Shown: in pieces, positions 26,562 through 35,736 of the stretch
How the letters are laid out: each line of letters begins with the position of its first letter
Numbering within the stretch: position 1 is the stretch's first letter
Source of the DNA: a bacterium
Lineage (GTDB): Bacteria > Electryoneota > JAOADG01
NCBI GenBank assembly: GCA_963681965.1
Contig: OY820579.1
Location: 352,001 to 416,000, forward strand
Reading direction: 5' to 3'
DNA: 64,000 nucleotides
The notes under the pieces: model-generated
What the model saw: the letters and a program-made list of their open reading frames with translations, nothing else
The model's database searches: none
What the model was told of the DNA's origin: nothing
Position numbers and translations under genes: made by a program

Positions 26562-27926
26562 ATGACACCTTTGGAATTTATTGAAGCAAATCGTCAACCC
26601 TTTTTGGACGAGTTGTACACGTTTCTTCGTTACCCAACAATTTCGACTGCATCAGAATACAAAGCCGACATCCGCGCGTGCGGCGAATGGCTAGCCGATA
26701 AAGCGCGTGCACTGGGCTTTATGAATGTAAAGCTCAACGAAACTGCGGGACATCCGATCCTAACCGGAAAATACCTTGGTGCCGGTCCACAAGCACCGAC
26801 AATTCTACTCTACGGTCATTACGATGTGCAACCACCAGATCCTCTCGAACTCTGGTTGAAACCGCCCTTCGAACCGTGGATCGACGGTGACCGACTGTAT
26901 GCCCGTGGAGTCGCCGACGACAAAGGACAAATCTGGATTCATTTCTGTGCGATGGAAGCTTGGATCAAGACCGTCGGTCGCTTACCGGTGAATGTCCGGT
27001 TGTTGATTGAAGGGGAAGAGGAAATCGGAAGCCCAAATCTGGTGCCCTTCTGCGAACAACACAAAGACGAATTGCAAGCCGATGTAGTGGTAATTTCCGA
27101 CTCTGGTTTATTTGCCGATGGTCTTCCATCGATTAGTTATGCTCTTCGCGGATTGACATACTTCCAGATTGAATTGGAAGGACCGAATCGCGATCTCCAC
27201 AGCGGTATGTTCGGTGGTGCTGTTGCTAATCCCGCATTCGAGTTGGCGCGCATCATCGCGCAATTGAAAACCCCGCAAGGTGTCGTCACAGTTCCCGGTT
27301 TCTACGAATCGGTTCGACCACTCGCTCAAGACGAGCGCGAAATGTGGGAAAAACTTCCGCACAGCGACAGTGAAATGATGGCGGAATTGGGTGTGGATGC
27401 GTTACCCGGTGAATTCGGTTATTCGACATTGGAACGGATTTGGTCGCGACCGACATTTGAAGTATGCGGTTTGATATCCGGGTTCACTGGCGAAGGCGCG
27501 AAAACAGTACTTCCCGCCAAAGCAATGGCGAAGGTAAGTTGCCGATTGGTTCCGGATCAGGATCCGCACGACATCGAACAGAAGTTCATTAAATATGTCG
27601 AATCACTTTGTCCGGCAGGCTGCAAAATCAAAATATTTACTCATCACGGTGGAAAACCGGTGATTACCGAACGCGACAGCAAATTCGTGCAAGCGGCTTC
27701 GCGCGCATTGGAGAAAGCCTTCAAACAGCCTCCGGTATTTATCCGGACGGGTGGTTCGATACCGATTACCGCATCGTTCAAAGAGATTCTCGGTCTCGAT
27801 TCTGTGTTGCTTGGTTTTTCGCAGCCAAACGAGAATGCCCACAGTCCGAACGAATGGTTCTCGATCAAGCATTTCGAGTTGGGAGTCGACACTGCTGCAT
27901 ACTTCTATGAAGAAATAGTGAAGTAA
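26562..27926 (+). CDS. M20 family dipeptidase (Dug1/CNDP-like)
   Basis: YGHYDVQP, ARGVADDKG, EGEEEIGS, DLHSG, GGSIP, HSPNE. Confidence 0.93.
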   Translation: MTPLEFIEANRQPFLDELYTFLRYPTISTASEYKADIRACGEWLADKARALGFMNVKLNETAGHPILTGKYLGAGPQAPTILLYGHYDVQPPDPLELWLKPPFEPWIDGDRLYARGVADDKGQIWIHFCAMEAWIKTVGRLPVNVRLLIEGEEEIGSPNLVPFCEQHKDELQADVVVISDSGLFADGLPSISYALRGLTYFQIELEGPNRDLHSGMFGGAVANPAFELARIIAQLKTPQGVVTVPGFYESVRPLAQDEREMWEKLPHSDSEMMAELGVDALPGEFGYSTLERIWSRPTFEVCGLISGFTGEGAKTVLPAKAMAKVSCRLVPDQDPHDIEQKFIKYVESLCPAGCKIKIFTHHGGKPVITERDSKFVQAASRALEKAFKQPPVFIRTGGSIPITASFKEILGLDSVLLGFSQPNENAHSPNEWFSIKHFELGVDTAAYFYEEIVK

Positions 27927-27944
27927 CTGTTTGCCAATATAGAA

Positions 27945-27979
27945 GCGGGGTATGAAAATCATACCCCGCCGTTTTTTTT
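27945..27979 (+). terminator. intrinsic terminator
   Basis: GCGGGGTATGA-AAA-TCATACCCCGC then CG and T8. Confidence 0.85.
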
Positions 27980-28041
27980 GTTTAAATGGGGTGCGCTTCT
28001 TCACCCCACTTTACATTATCAAAAGGCTTATCTAGTCGCGA

Positions 28042-28356
28042 TCAGGCTTTGAATCCGAATTGCTTGTCGCCACCCTGTCCACCTGCCTGAATGGTCCCAA
28101 AATTCTCTTCATACTTCTTGATATTGTCTTCCAAAGCAGCGAGGAGTGCTTTCGCATGGGGGGGTGCTAAAATCACTCGCGTTTGAACTTTCGCCTTCGG
28201 CATACCCGGAAGCACCCGGGTAAAATCGAGCACAAACTCGGCATTCGAATGGGTGATCAAGACTAAATTGGAATAAATTCCCTCGCCAATTTTCTCATCG
28301 AGTTCAATCGTCAGTTGTTGTCCGGGTTGTTGTGGTGGTTGCATACCGTTACTCAT
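28042..28356 (-). CDS. DUF3467 domain protein
   Basis: IELDE...GIYSN..ITHS..EFVLDF...PG.PKAKV..RVIL.P.HAK...AL..NI..YE..FG.I. Confidence 0.9.
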   Translation of the reverse strand: MSNGMQPPQQPGQQLTIELDEKIGEGIYSNLVLITHSNAEFVLDFTRVLPGMPKAKVQTRVILAPPHAKALLAALEDNIKKYEENFGTIQAGGQGGDKQFGFKA

Positions 28357-28497
28357 TGTCTGCTCCTATCAATTTTTAATATCCCTTGGTGGGAATAAAT
28401 ACCATTACCGATTGCTACAGTTTACGAAGATGGAAGTCGAGTAGCAATTCCCTCGGGACATCCTTACTTTTCAATGGATCTAAACTCTGGAGTAAAG

Positions 28498-29403
28498 ATG
28501 TCAGCACTCACTTCATCCTACAAAGCCATTATCGAACGCACCAAAGAGTGGATCGATAACGAACCCGGTATCCGCGGACTTGCAATAATCGGTTCTCAAG
28601 CCAGAACATCCCATCCCGCCGATGAATGGTCCGATCTCGATTTCATTATTCTAGCAACCGATACCGAACGGTATTTGCACGATCTTAGTTGGATCGAGTT
28701 AATCGGCACCCACTTACTGACTTTTGTTGCTTCTACCGCCGACCACCGGAATCGCGAGCGCAGAATTTTATTCGATGGGGGACAGGACGTCGATTTTTCC
28801 TTCTTCCCGGTTGAGATGCTGGATCAGATGATCGCAAATGGTATTCCCTTGGATATTGCGAATGAATTGAATCGCGGTGCAAAAATTCTAATCGATAAGG
28901 ATGGACTGCTCGAACGCTTCCACCAAGTCTCCAAAAACATGTTTCGCTCGACCTATGGACTTCCCTCCGAGGAAGAGTTTTCCAATCTGGTGACGGACTT
29001 CTGGTACCATGCCGTTCACGCCGCCAAGCATCTCCGTCGCGGTGAATTATGGTGGTCGAAACAGACTGTCGATCACCATTTAAAGAACCTACTTCGCACG
29101 ATGCTGGAGTGGAACACGCAAGCAGCCAGTCAGGATGAAACCGATACCTGGTTGCACGGTCGACACTTGGAAGAGTGGGCGAATCCACAGTATGTCACAG
29201 CACTCGCCGACGTTTATGCGCATTTCCATACCAACGATATCTGGCGCGCCTTGTTTGCTACGATGAAGCTATTTCGAACGATCGAATATGAAACCGAAAA
29301 GTTGATGCAAATTTCACGGAATCATCACGGTGAAGATGCCGCGGAAGCGTTGGTATACAATTTCTTCCAGCCGGTCGAAGAAGAGTGGATGGACCGTCGT
29401 TAG
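28498..29403 (+). CDS. aminoglycoside 6-adenylyltransferase-like nucleotidyltransferase (AadK/ANT(6) family)
   Basis: ATG at 28498 with GGAG RBS; GSQAR...DEWSDLD, DVDF, ILIDKDG, PSEEEF...DFW...AKHLRRGELW, MLEW, W..GRHLEEW. Confidence 0.85.
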   Translation: MSALTSSYKAIIERTKEWIDNEPGIRGLAIIGSQARTSHPADEWSDLDFIILATDTERYLHDLSWIELIGTHLLTFVASTADHRNRERRILFDGGQDVDFSFFPVEMLDQMIANGIPLDIANELNRGAKILIDKDGLLERFHQVSKNMFRSTYGLPSEEEFSNLVTDFWYHAVHAAKHLRRGELWWSKQTVDHHLKNLLRTMLEWNTQAASQDETDTWLHGRHLEEWANPQYVTALADVYAHFHTNDIWRALFATMKLFRTIEYETEKLMQISRNHHGEDAAEALVYNFFQPVEEEWMDRR

Positions 29404-29450
29404 TATTGAATCGATAAACAAGTTTCTATAACCCAATTGGTGATTTTTCG

Positions 29451-32225
29451 ATGCCTAAACTTCTGCTAATCGATGCAATGGCAAGCCTGTATCGCAGTTA
29501 TTTTGCGATGGCGAAGATGTCTTTGACATCTCCTCGCGGTCAGAATGTCGCAGCGCTTTACGGCTTTGTGAATACAATGCTCTCACTGCTCGAACGGGAA
29601 AAACCCGATCTGGTAGCCATTTGTACCGATAGTGCGGAGCCGACGTTTCGCCATCAGGCATTTGCGGCATACAAAGCGACCCGGGAATCGATGCCGGACG
29701 ACCTGCAAGCGCAAATCCCGCTGTTGTATTCGTTATTGACAGAAATGAGAATCCCGTTATTGCAAGCACCCGGATTTGAAGCCGACGATATCATCGCAAC
29801 ACTGGCGCAACGTGCATCTCAGGCTAATTTAGAGACGGTTGTGGTATCGGGTGACAAAGATTTAAATCAACTACTCACGTTGCCATCCGTCAGGATGATC
29901 TCGCCTTCTCGAATGGCAAGCGGAAGCTGGTCGGAAGTAACGATTGATAGTGTTAAAGAAAAATTCGGTGTGCCCCCGGAGCAACTGGGTGACTGGCTGG
30001 CAATGGTTGGTGACACCAGCGACAACATTCCCGGTATTCCAAAAATTGGTGGTAAATCCGCAACGGAATTACTCACTCAGTTTGGATCACTTGACGCAAT
30101 TCTATCACGGGTTTCCGAGATTGAAAAGAAATCGTGGAATGAAACCATCGCGGCGAATATCGATCAAGCCCGGCTATCCCGTCAGTTAGTAGCACTCTGT
30201 TTTGAAGCCCCGGCTCCATCGGAGTTGTCGCAACTAACCTATGGACCCTTCGAAGGGGATCGCCTGAGGGACTTACTGAATGAGTTAGGGTTCCGGTCTT
30301 TACTCAATCGTGTTTTAGTATCAACGCCACAAACCAACCAAGAGACCCGAGATTATCAAACCGTCAATAGTTTTTCCAAACTCGACGAGGTGCTCCACGA
30401 GCTTCCGCAATTCGATTTGGTCGCACTCGACACGGAAACCACAGGTATTGATCCCAATCGTGCAATATTGGTTGGCATCTCGCTGAGTGTTCGTCCTCGA
30501 TTGGGATGGTTCATTCACCTCCCATCGTTCGAAGGACACATTACACACTCGACACTGATCACTGATAGCGACAATCTGTTCGCCGCAACCGAACTCACCG
30601 AGTATCCGGCACAACAACCGGTACTCGATCAACTTCGAAACTGGCTGACCGATCCGACTCGAAAAAAATGCGGACAGAATTTCAAATACGATCACATCGT
30701 ATTCGCCCGTGCCGGGGTCGAAGTGCAGGGCTGGGTAGCCGACAGTATGCTGATGAGCTATTTGCTCGATCCAAACAGCCGTAGCCACGGTATCGATCTG
30801 CTCTCATCCAAATATCTTCAATTACCGAAAATTCCGACTCAAGCATTGATCGGATCGGGGAAGAATCAGCGGACAATGGCGGAAGTACCCGTCGATCAGA
30901 TCACCGAATATGCCTGTGAGGATGCCGATTATACTCTGCGGTTGACACGTCTGCTCTCCGAGCGACTTGAAAGTGAACAGTTGAAATCGCTGCATGACGA
31001 GATCGAATGCCCACTCGCCAAAGTGCTCGCGCGAATGGAAATGACCGGTATTTCGATCGATCAATCGATCCTCGCCGAGTTGGCAAAACAATTTGCCTCG
31101 GAAATGATGTCGGTGGAAGCTGATGTTCACAAATTGGCTGGACATCCATTCAATTTGTCGAGTCCATTACAATTATCGAAGGTGTTATTCGAAGAACTTG
31201 GGTTGAAACCGGTACGAAAGACAAAAACCGGATTCTCCACTGATGAAGACGTACTGGAGAAATTAGCGCTGCAAGATTCCACAGTTCCCATTCCGAAATT
31301 GGTGCTGAGGTATCGCGGTTTGGCAAAACTCCGCGGGACTTATGTGGAGGCGCTCCCGAAATTAATCAATCCCAAAACCGGTCGAATACATACTTCCTAC
31401 AATCAAGCAGTCGCCTCTACTGGACGTTTATCCAGTACCGATCCCAATTTGCAGAACATTCCGGTGCGCACGGCAGAAGGGGCTAAAATCCGAACTGCTT
31501 TTGTTGCTGGCTATTCGGGATGGAAGATCCTCTCTGCCGATTATTCGCAAATCGAACTGCGATTGATGGCGCAACTCTCCGGGGACATAACACTCCGTGA
31601 AGCATTTGCACAAGGACACGACATTCACGCCATCACGGCAGCAAAAGTATTTGGCATTCCCCTCGCCGAGGTCACTCGAGAACAACGGAGTTCTGCGAAG
31701 GGAGTGAATTTTGGAATTATTTACGGTCAAACCGATTTCGGTTTATCGGAAGCATTGGCGATTCCCCTCGCCGAGGCAAAGAAATTTCGCGAGCAATACT
31801 TTGCCACTTATCCCGGTGTTCGAACTTATATGGATCGCACGGTCGATTTCGCGCGCAAACATGGTTATGTCATTACTCTATTGGGTCGCAAAAAACCGAT
31901 GCCCGAGATGCATTCGGACAATCGGGCAATGCGAGAATTCTCGGAGCGCGTTTCGATCAATGCTCCGATTCAAGGTACTGCCGCCGATATCATCAAGCTG
32001 GCAATGATCCGGATCGATGCAAAATTGCAGGAATGGAAAGCTCAGAAAGGATTTCGCGCGAATATGCTATTGCAGGTCCATGACGAATTGGTATTCGAAG
32101 TACCACCGGAAGAAGTCGATGAATTGTCGACAATGGTTTGTTATGAAATGGAACATGCTTTGGAATTGGATGTTCCGATTGTTGCCGATATCGGAGTGGG
32201 TAACAATTGGTTGGAAGCACATTAA
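29451..32225 (+). CDS. polA: DNA polymerase I
   Basis: 5'-3' exonuclease (EADDII, GDKD, GDTSDNIPG), 3'-5' exonuclease (DTETT, YACEDAD), polymerase motifs TGRLSS.DPNLQNIP, ADYSQIELR, KGVNFGIIYG, QGTAAD, VHDE. Confidence 0.98.
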   Translation: MPKLLLIDAMASLYRSYFAMAKMSLTSPRGQNVAALYGFVNTMLSLLEREKPDLVAICTDSAEPTFRHQAFAAYKATRESMPDDLQAQIPLLYSLLTEMRIPLLQAPGFEADDIIATLAQRASQANLETVVVSGDKDLNQLLTLPSVRMISPSRMASGSWSEVTIDSVKEKFGVPPEQLGDWLAMVGDTSDNIPGIPKIGGKSATELLTQFGSLDAILSRVSEIEKKSWNETIAANIDQARLSRQLVALCFEAPAPSELSQLTYGPFEGDRLRDLLNELGFRSLLNRVLVSTPQTNQETRDYQTVNSFSKLDEVLHELPQFDLVALDTETTGIDPNRAILVGISLSVRPRLGWFIHLPSFEGHITHSTLITDSDNLFAATELTEYPAQQPVLDQLRNWLTDPTRKKCGQNFKYDHIVFARAGVEVQGWVADSMLMSYLLDPNSRSHGIDLLSSKYLQLPKIPTQALIGSGKNQRTMAEVPVDQITEYACEDADYTLRLTRLLSERLESEQLKSLHDEIECPLAKVLARMEMTGISIDQSILAELAKQFASEMMSVEADVHKLAGHPFNLSSPLQLSKVLFEELGLKPVRKTKTGFSTDEDVLEKLALQDSTVPIPKLVLRYRGLAKLRGTYVEALPKLINPKTGRIHTSYNQAVASTGRLSSTDPNLQNIPVRTAEGAKIRTAFVAGYSGWKILSADYSQIELRLMAQLSGDITLREAFAQGHDIHAITAAKVFGIPLAEVTREQRSSAKGVNFGIIYGQTDFGLSEALAIPLAEAKKFREQYFATYPGVRTYMDRTVDFARKHGYVITLLGRKKPMPEMHSDNRAMREFSERVSINAPIQGTAADIIKLAMIRIDAKLQEWKAQKGFRANMLLQVHDELVFEVPPEEVDELSTMVCYEMEHALELDVPIVADIGVGNNWLEAH

Positions 32226-32735
32226 ATGTCTTCGATACCGCTGCCATTCGCCGATCAGATCAGCGTCTTCATTCCCGACAATTTCGATCATATCGACTCA
32301 TATTCAATCAAGGGAAAATCGACGCTCTCGGAATTCATCGCGCGGGGACTGACTTTTCGACCATTTTGGATTAAAGGTCTATTTCGAATTCGAGGCTGGG
32401 TTGCCTGGTTGTTGCACCTGAAACACGATGACCGAAAAATTCTAAAAGAACTTCGACCTGAAGATATTTCATTTCAATCGGGTGAATATTTACTTTTCTT
32501 CCAGGTGGTAGCCGGTATTCCCGATCGATACTGGATCGGATTAGCCGATGATAGCCATTTATCCGCTTGGTTGATTTTTACTCGTGATGCAGTTGATCAT
32601 GGTGGTAACGCTACTTTTGCTACCACAACCATTGTCAAATACAAAAATCATACCGGTCGATTCTACTTTTTTCTGATACACCCGTTTCATCGATTATTAG
32701 TACATCATCTTACCCGAAAAGCAGTGTCGATTTAA
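32226..32735 (+). CDS. DUF2867 domain protein
   Basis: DHIDSY, P.WI..LF..R, DDSHL, TTIVKY.N..GRFYFF.I.PFH; abuts the polA stop. Confidence 0.8.
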   Translation: MSSIPLPFADQISVFIPDNFDHIDSYSIKGKSTLSEFIARGLTFRPFWIKGLFRIRGWVAWLLHLKHDDRKILKELRPEDISFQSGEYLLFFQVVAGIPDRYWIGLADDSHLSAWLIFTRDAVDHGGNATFATTTIVKYKNHTGRFYFFLIHPFHRLLVHHLTRKAVSI

Positions 32736-32741
32736 ACTCAA

Positions 32742-35120
32742 CTATTTAATGCTCGCGATTTTCATATCTCGATAGATGTACCGATCTCCCCGATTACTCA
32801 CCGTCACAAAATTGGCATTCACTCCACGGTGCTTGGCATTATCGGCATACTCGCGCAACTCATATTCGGAATCGACAGCATGCATCGGAAATACTGCCTT
32901 TGGCTGTAGTTGTGCAATCGCATAATCGTTGCCTTTTTTCAACGCTTCCAGATCGGGAAACCCACAACCGCGAATAGGGAAGAACAGTAGATCGACTGAT
33001 CCGAAACGCTGCTTTAAGGTGTCGACATATTGGGTAAATCGGGAGGGGGTGACCCGGCTGGTATCGACGGCATCACCGGTATGGAATATTTTCAAACCAT
33101 CGACTTCGATCAGAAACCCGACCCCCTGATCGATATCGGATTTGATCGGGTAAACCGATAATCCCTTCTCATTGAGAGGTACACCCGGTCGCAACCGAAC
33201 ATATTGCGGCAATGGTTCCGGTTGTCGCCGGTATTCCGGCAACTGTCCCGGATCAACGCCCAGATAATAGGTTGCATTCGGCAACACATTCTGCCAGTTG
33301 AAGATGGCTCGATCCAAATGATCATTGTGTTCGTGACTCGCAAAAATGGCAACCGGTTCCGATTTTAGTTCTTCCGGCACGATGTGACCGTTAACTAGAC
33401 CGGCATTGGTGTGATTCGCGTCGCGTTCCCAGTAATCGATAATCAGAAAATGATTCTTGGTGCGAATTGCCCAACCCGAATGCGCCAGATACCAGATGAT
33501 CGCTTCTTTTTCCCGAAGGGGTTTTGCCAGCAGGGTCGAAGCACTCGCAACAAAGTGCTCTTCAGATTTAGCATGGTTTGTTTCCAACAACCCGGCTACA
33601 TCGGCATGTCCATAGTAACACGCATAATCTCGAGGATACTTTCCAACATTGTCTTTTTGATTGGGATCGGCTCCGCTTGCAAGAAGAAGTTCGGCAATCG
33701 GTTTGTTTCCAGATAGAGCGGCAAGATGAAGCGGCGTCTTGCCGTCTCGAATACATTTCTTCGGGTCGGCACCGGCTCGAAGTAGCTTTTCGACCACCGT
33801 GTTTTTCCGTTGTTGGATCGCAAGCGTCATCGGGGTAGCGCCAGTGGAATCCTCGACACTTACTTTAGCACCAGCAGCAAGTAGTAAATCTACCGTTTCG
33901 AGCGAATCGCCAAAGATAGCAAAGTACAATGGACGATATCCCGACCAGGTAATCTGATTGGGATCTGCTCCGTATTTCAACAACACTGATGTTGTTAGAG
34001 GCGAGATTCTAGCCGCTTGGAAAATTGCCGAAAGCGGCGGATGAACAAGTGCTACATCGTTTCTCCCAGTGATCACTTCCTGTTTTGCTCCGGTTTTCAG
34101 AAGCAATTCCACCATTTCAGCTTTTCCAGTCTGTGCTGCGCAGATTAATGGCGTATATCCTTCCCGGTCACATTCATTAATTCTAGCGCCTCGATCCAAT
34201 AACAGTTGCACTGTTGCGATATGTCCCTGCTCGGCAGCGATATGGAGTGGTGTTCGACTTTCATTCAGCGTCGTATCTAATGGGGTCGCGCCAAGTGATA
34301 GTAACAACGAAATCATGGCAGTGTCGTTATTGAAACAAGCGGTATGCATCGGAGACCAACCACTTCGATTCGCGATACCGGTTACGCGCGCACCTTTTGA
34401 TGAAAGATGCCGAACCATTTCAATTTTCTTCATCCAGACGGCATTGTGGATCGGGTAGGAAAGCGAAGCAGATCGAAAATTCGGGTTAAACCCGCGCGCT
34501 AGTAGAGTATCGACAATTTCAAGATTTCCACCACCCGATGCCAAGACAAATAAGCCATTCGACCGATCTTGCCCCACTGTTACCCTAGCACCGTGATGAA
34601 TTAGATATAAGAATGCATCGCATTTTCCCGAGGCTGCCGCTCGCATCAGTGGAGTCAGTCCGGTAAGCTCGGTCGTATCGATCGAAGCACCATAGTGAAG
34701 CAGCAGTGCACAAATCGTAGTGTCGCCACTCTCGGCAGCATAGTGCAGTGCGGTTCTTCCGGTGACACGATCGGCAAACCGGACATTTGCCCCTTTTTTC
34801 AACAGATACTCAACAATCGTGAGATTATGCAGATTGGCAGCAATATGTAATGGAGAGATCCCTTGATGATCTGTTCCTTCGATATTGGTTCCGCGATCAA
34901 TTAAATCAAGTGCGATCGCGGTTTTATTGTGAGAAACAGCATGAAGCAAAGGGGGATCGTTCAATTCATTGGTTTGTTCCAAGAGGTTCGGTGCTATTTT
35001 AAGTAAAGAATCGATCGCAAGTCGATCTTCGCGCGTGATGGCATCGTGCAGCGGACTCGCAATAACGGAGTTAACCGTTATTATCCCGGCAATAAATATG
35101 AAACCTAACAACCGGAACAT
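32742..35120 (-). CDS. exported ankyrin-repeat protein fused to a C-terminal metallo-beta-lactamase-fold hydrolase
   Basis: Signal peptide; about 14 ankyrin repeats (G.TPLH.AA..G); then YLAHSGW, IIDY, SHEHNDH (HxHxDH), HTGD, PMH. Confidence 0.88.
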   Translation of the reverse strand: MFRLLGFIFIAGIITVNSVIASPLHDAITREDRLAIDSLLKIAPNLLEQTNELNDPPLLHAVSHNKTAIALDLIDRGTNIEGTDHQGISPLHIAANLHNLTIVEYLLKKGANVRFADRVTGRTALHYAAESGDTTICALLLHYGASIDTTELTGLTPLMRAAASGKCDAFLYLIHHGARVTVGQDRSNGLFVLASGGGNLEIVDTLLARGFNPNFRSASLSYPIHNAVWMKKIEMVRHLSSKGARVTGIANRSGWSPMHTACFNNDTAMISLLLSLGATPLDTTLNESRTPLHIAAEQGHIATVQLLLDRGARINECDREGYTPLICAAQTGKAEMVELLLKTGAKQEVITGRNDVALVHPPLSAIFQAARISPLTTSVLLKYGADPNQITWSGYRPLYFAIFGDSLETVDLLLAAGAKVSVEDSTGATPMTLAIQQRKNTVVEKLLRAGADPKKCIRDGKTPLHLAALSGNKPIAELLLASGADPNQKDNVGKYPRDYACYYGHADVAGLLETNHAKSEEHFVASASTLLAKPLREKEAIIWYLAHSGWAIRTKNHFLIIDYWERDANHTNAGLVNGHIVPEELKSEPVAIFASHEHNDHLDRAIFNWQNVLPNATYYLGVDPGQLPEYRRQPEPLPQYVRLRPGVPLNEKGLSVYPIKSDIDQGVGFLIEVDGLKIFHTGDAVDTSRVTPSRFTQYVDTLKQRFGSVDLLFFPIRGCGFPDLEALKKGNDYAIAQLQPKAVFPMHAVDSEYELREYADNAKHRGVNANFVTVSNRGDRYIYRDMKIASIK

Positions 35121-35736
35121 AAGAACCTCCCGAATCGGATCATGTCAAAATCCTGTGGATAGAGATTTAAATAGACAGGTAAATGAAAAAGGGATCTCTA
35201 AAGAATATTATTCAATCGATTGGGGGGGAAAAGTCATTCATTATCGGCGGCGGACACTTCAACCGGATAATGTGTATCAAATGAGAACAAAAACATTGAT
35301 TTTCTGAATACGCTATTTCACTCTCTCAGAGTGAGCTACTTGTACTCATAATTGAATATTTTATTTGTGATTATGCAAATCTTCATGAAACGTATTCAGC
35401 ATATAAATGCTTTTATTCCTCATCAGTGGTTTACTTCAATATTATTAATACAATTCAAACATATACCTTACTTTTTAATACTTAATTAACTGAGATTATC
35501 TGAGCATATGTTTCACAGAAAAAACAATATGTATAAGGTGTATCCAGCGAATTTCTGCTTTATGCTGTTCAAGGAGTTTGACACACACCTTTGCTTGTGC
35601 ATATTTGAACATTGTTATAAGTATGTGTAATATTAGGTAAATAATTTGCATTACCTGATCGCGGCAAAATGATTCATTTTGCACTTATCGCGATCGGATT
35701 TAGTGTAATGAGAAATCTCTTTCGAAAGGGAATCCC

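Noticed and set aside
29451-32225. Possible intein or insertion in polA
   Set aside because: Length (924 aa) is normal; only a short loop insertion in the 3'-5' exonuclease domain and no intein motifs.
35121-35736. AT-rich region as replication origin, CRISPR array or small CDS (35496..35684)
   Set aside because: No DnaA-box cluster or regularly spaced direct repeats seen; the 62-aa ORF has no convincing features; it reads as a divergent promoter region.
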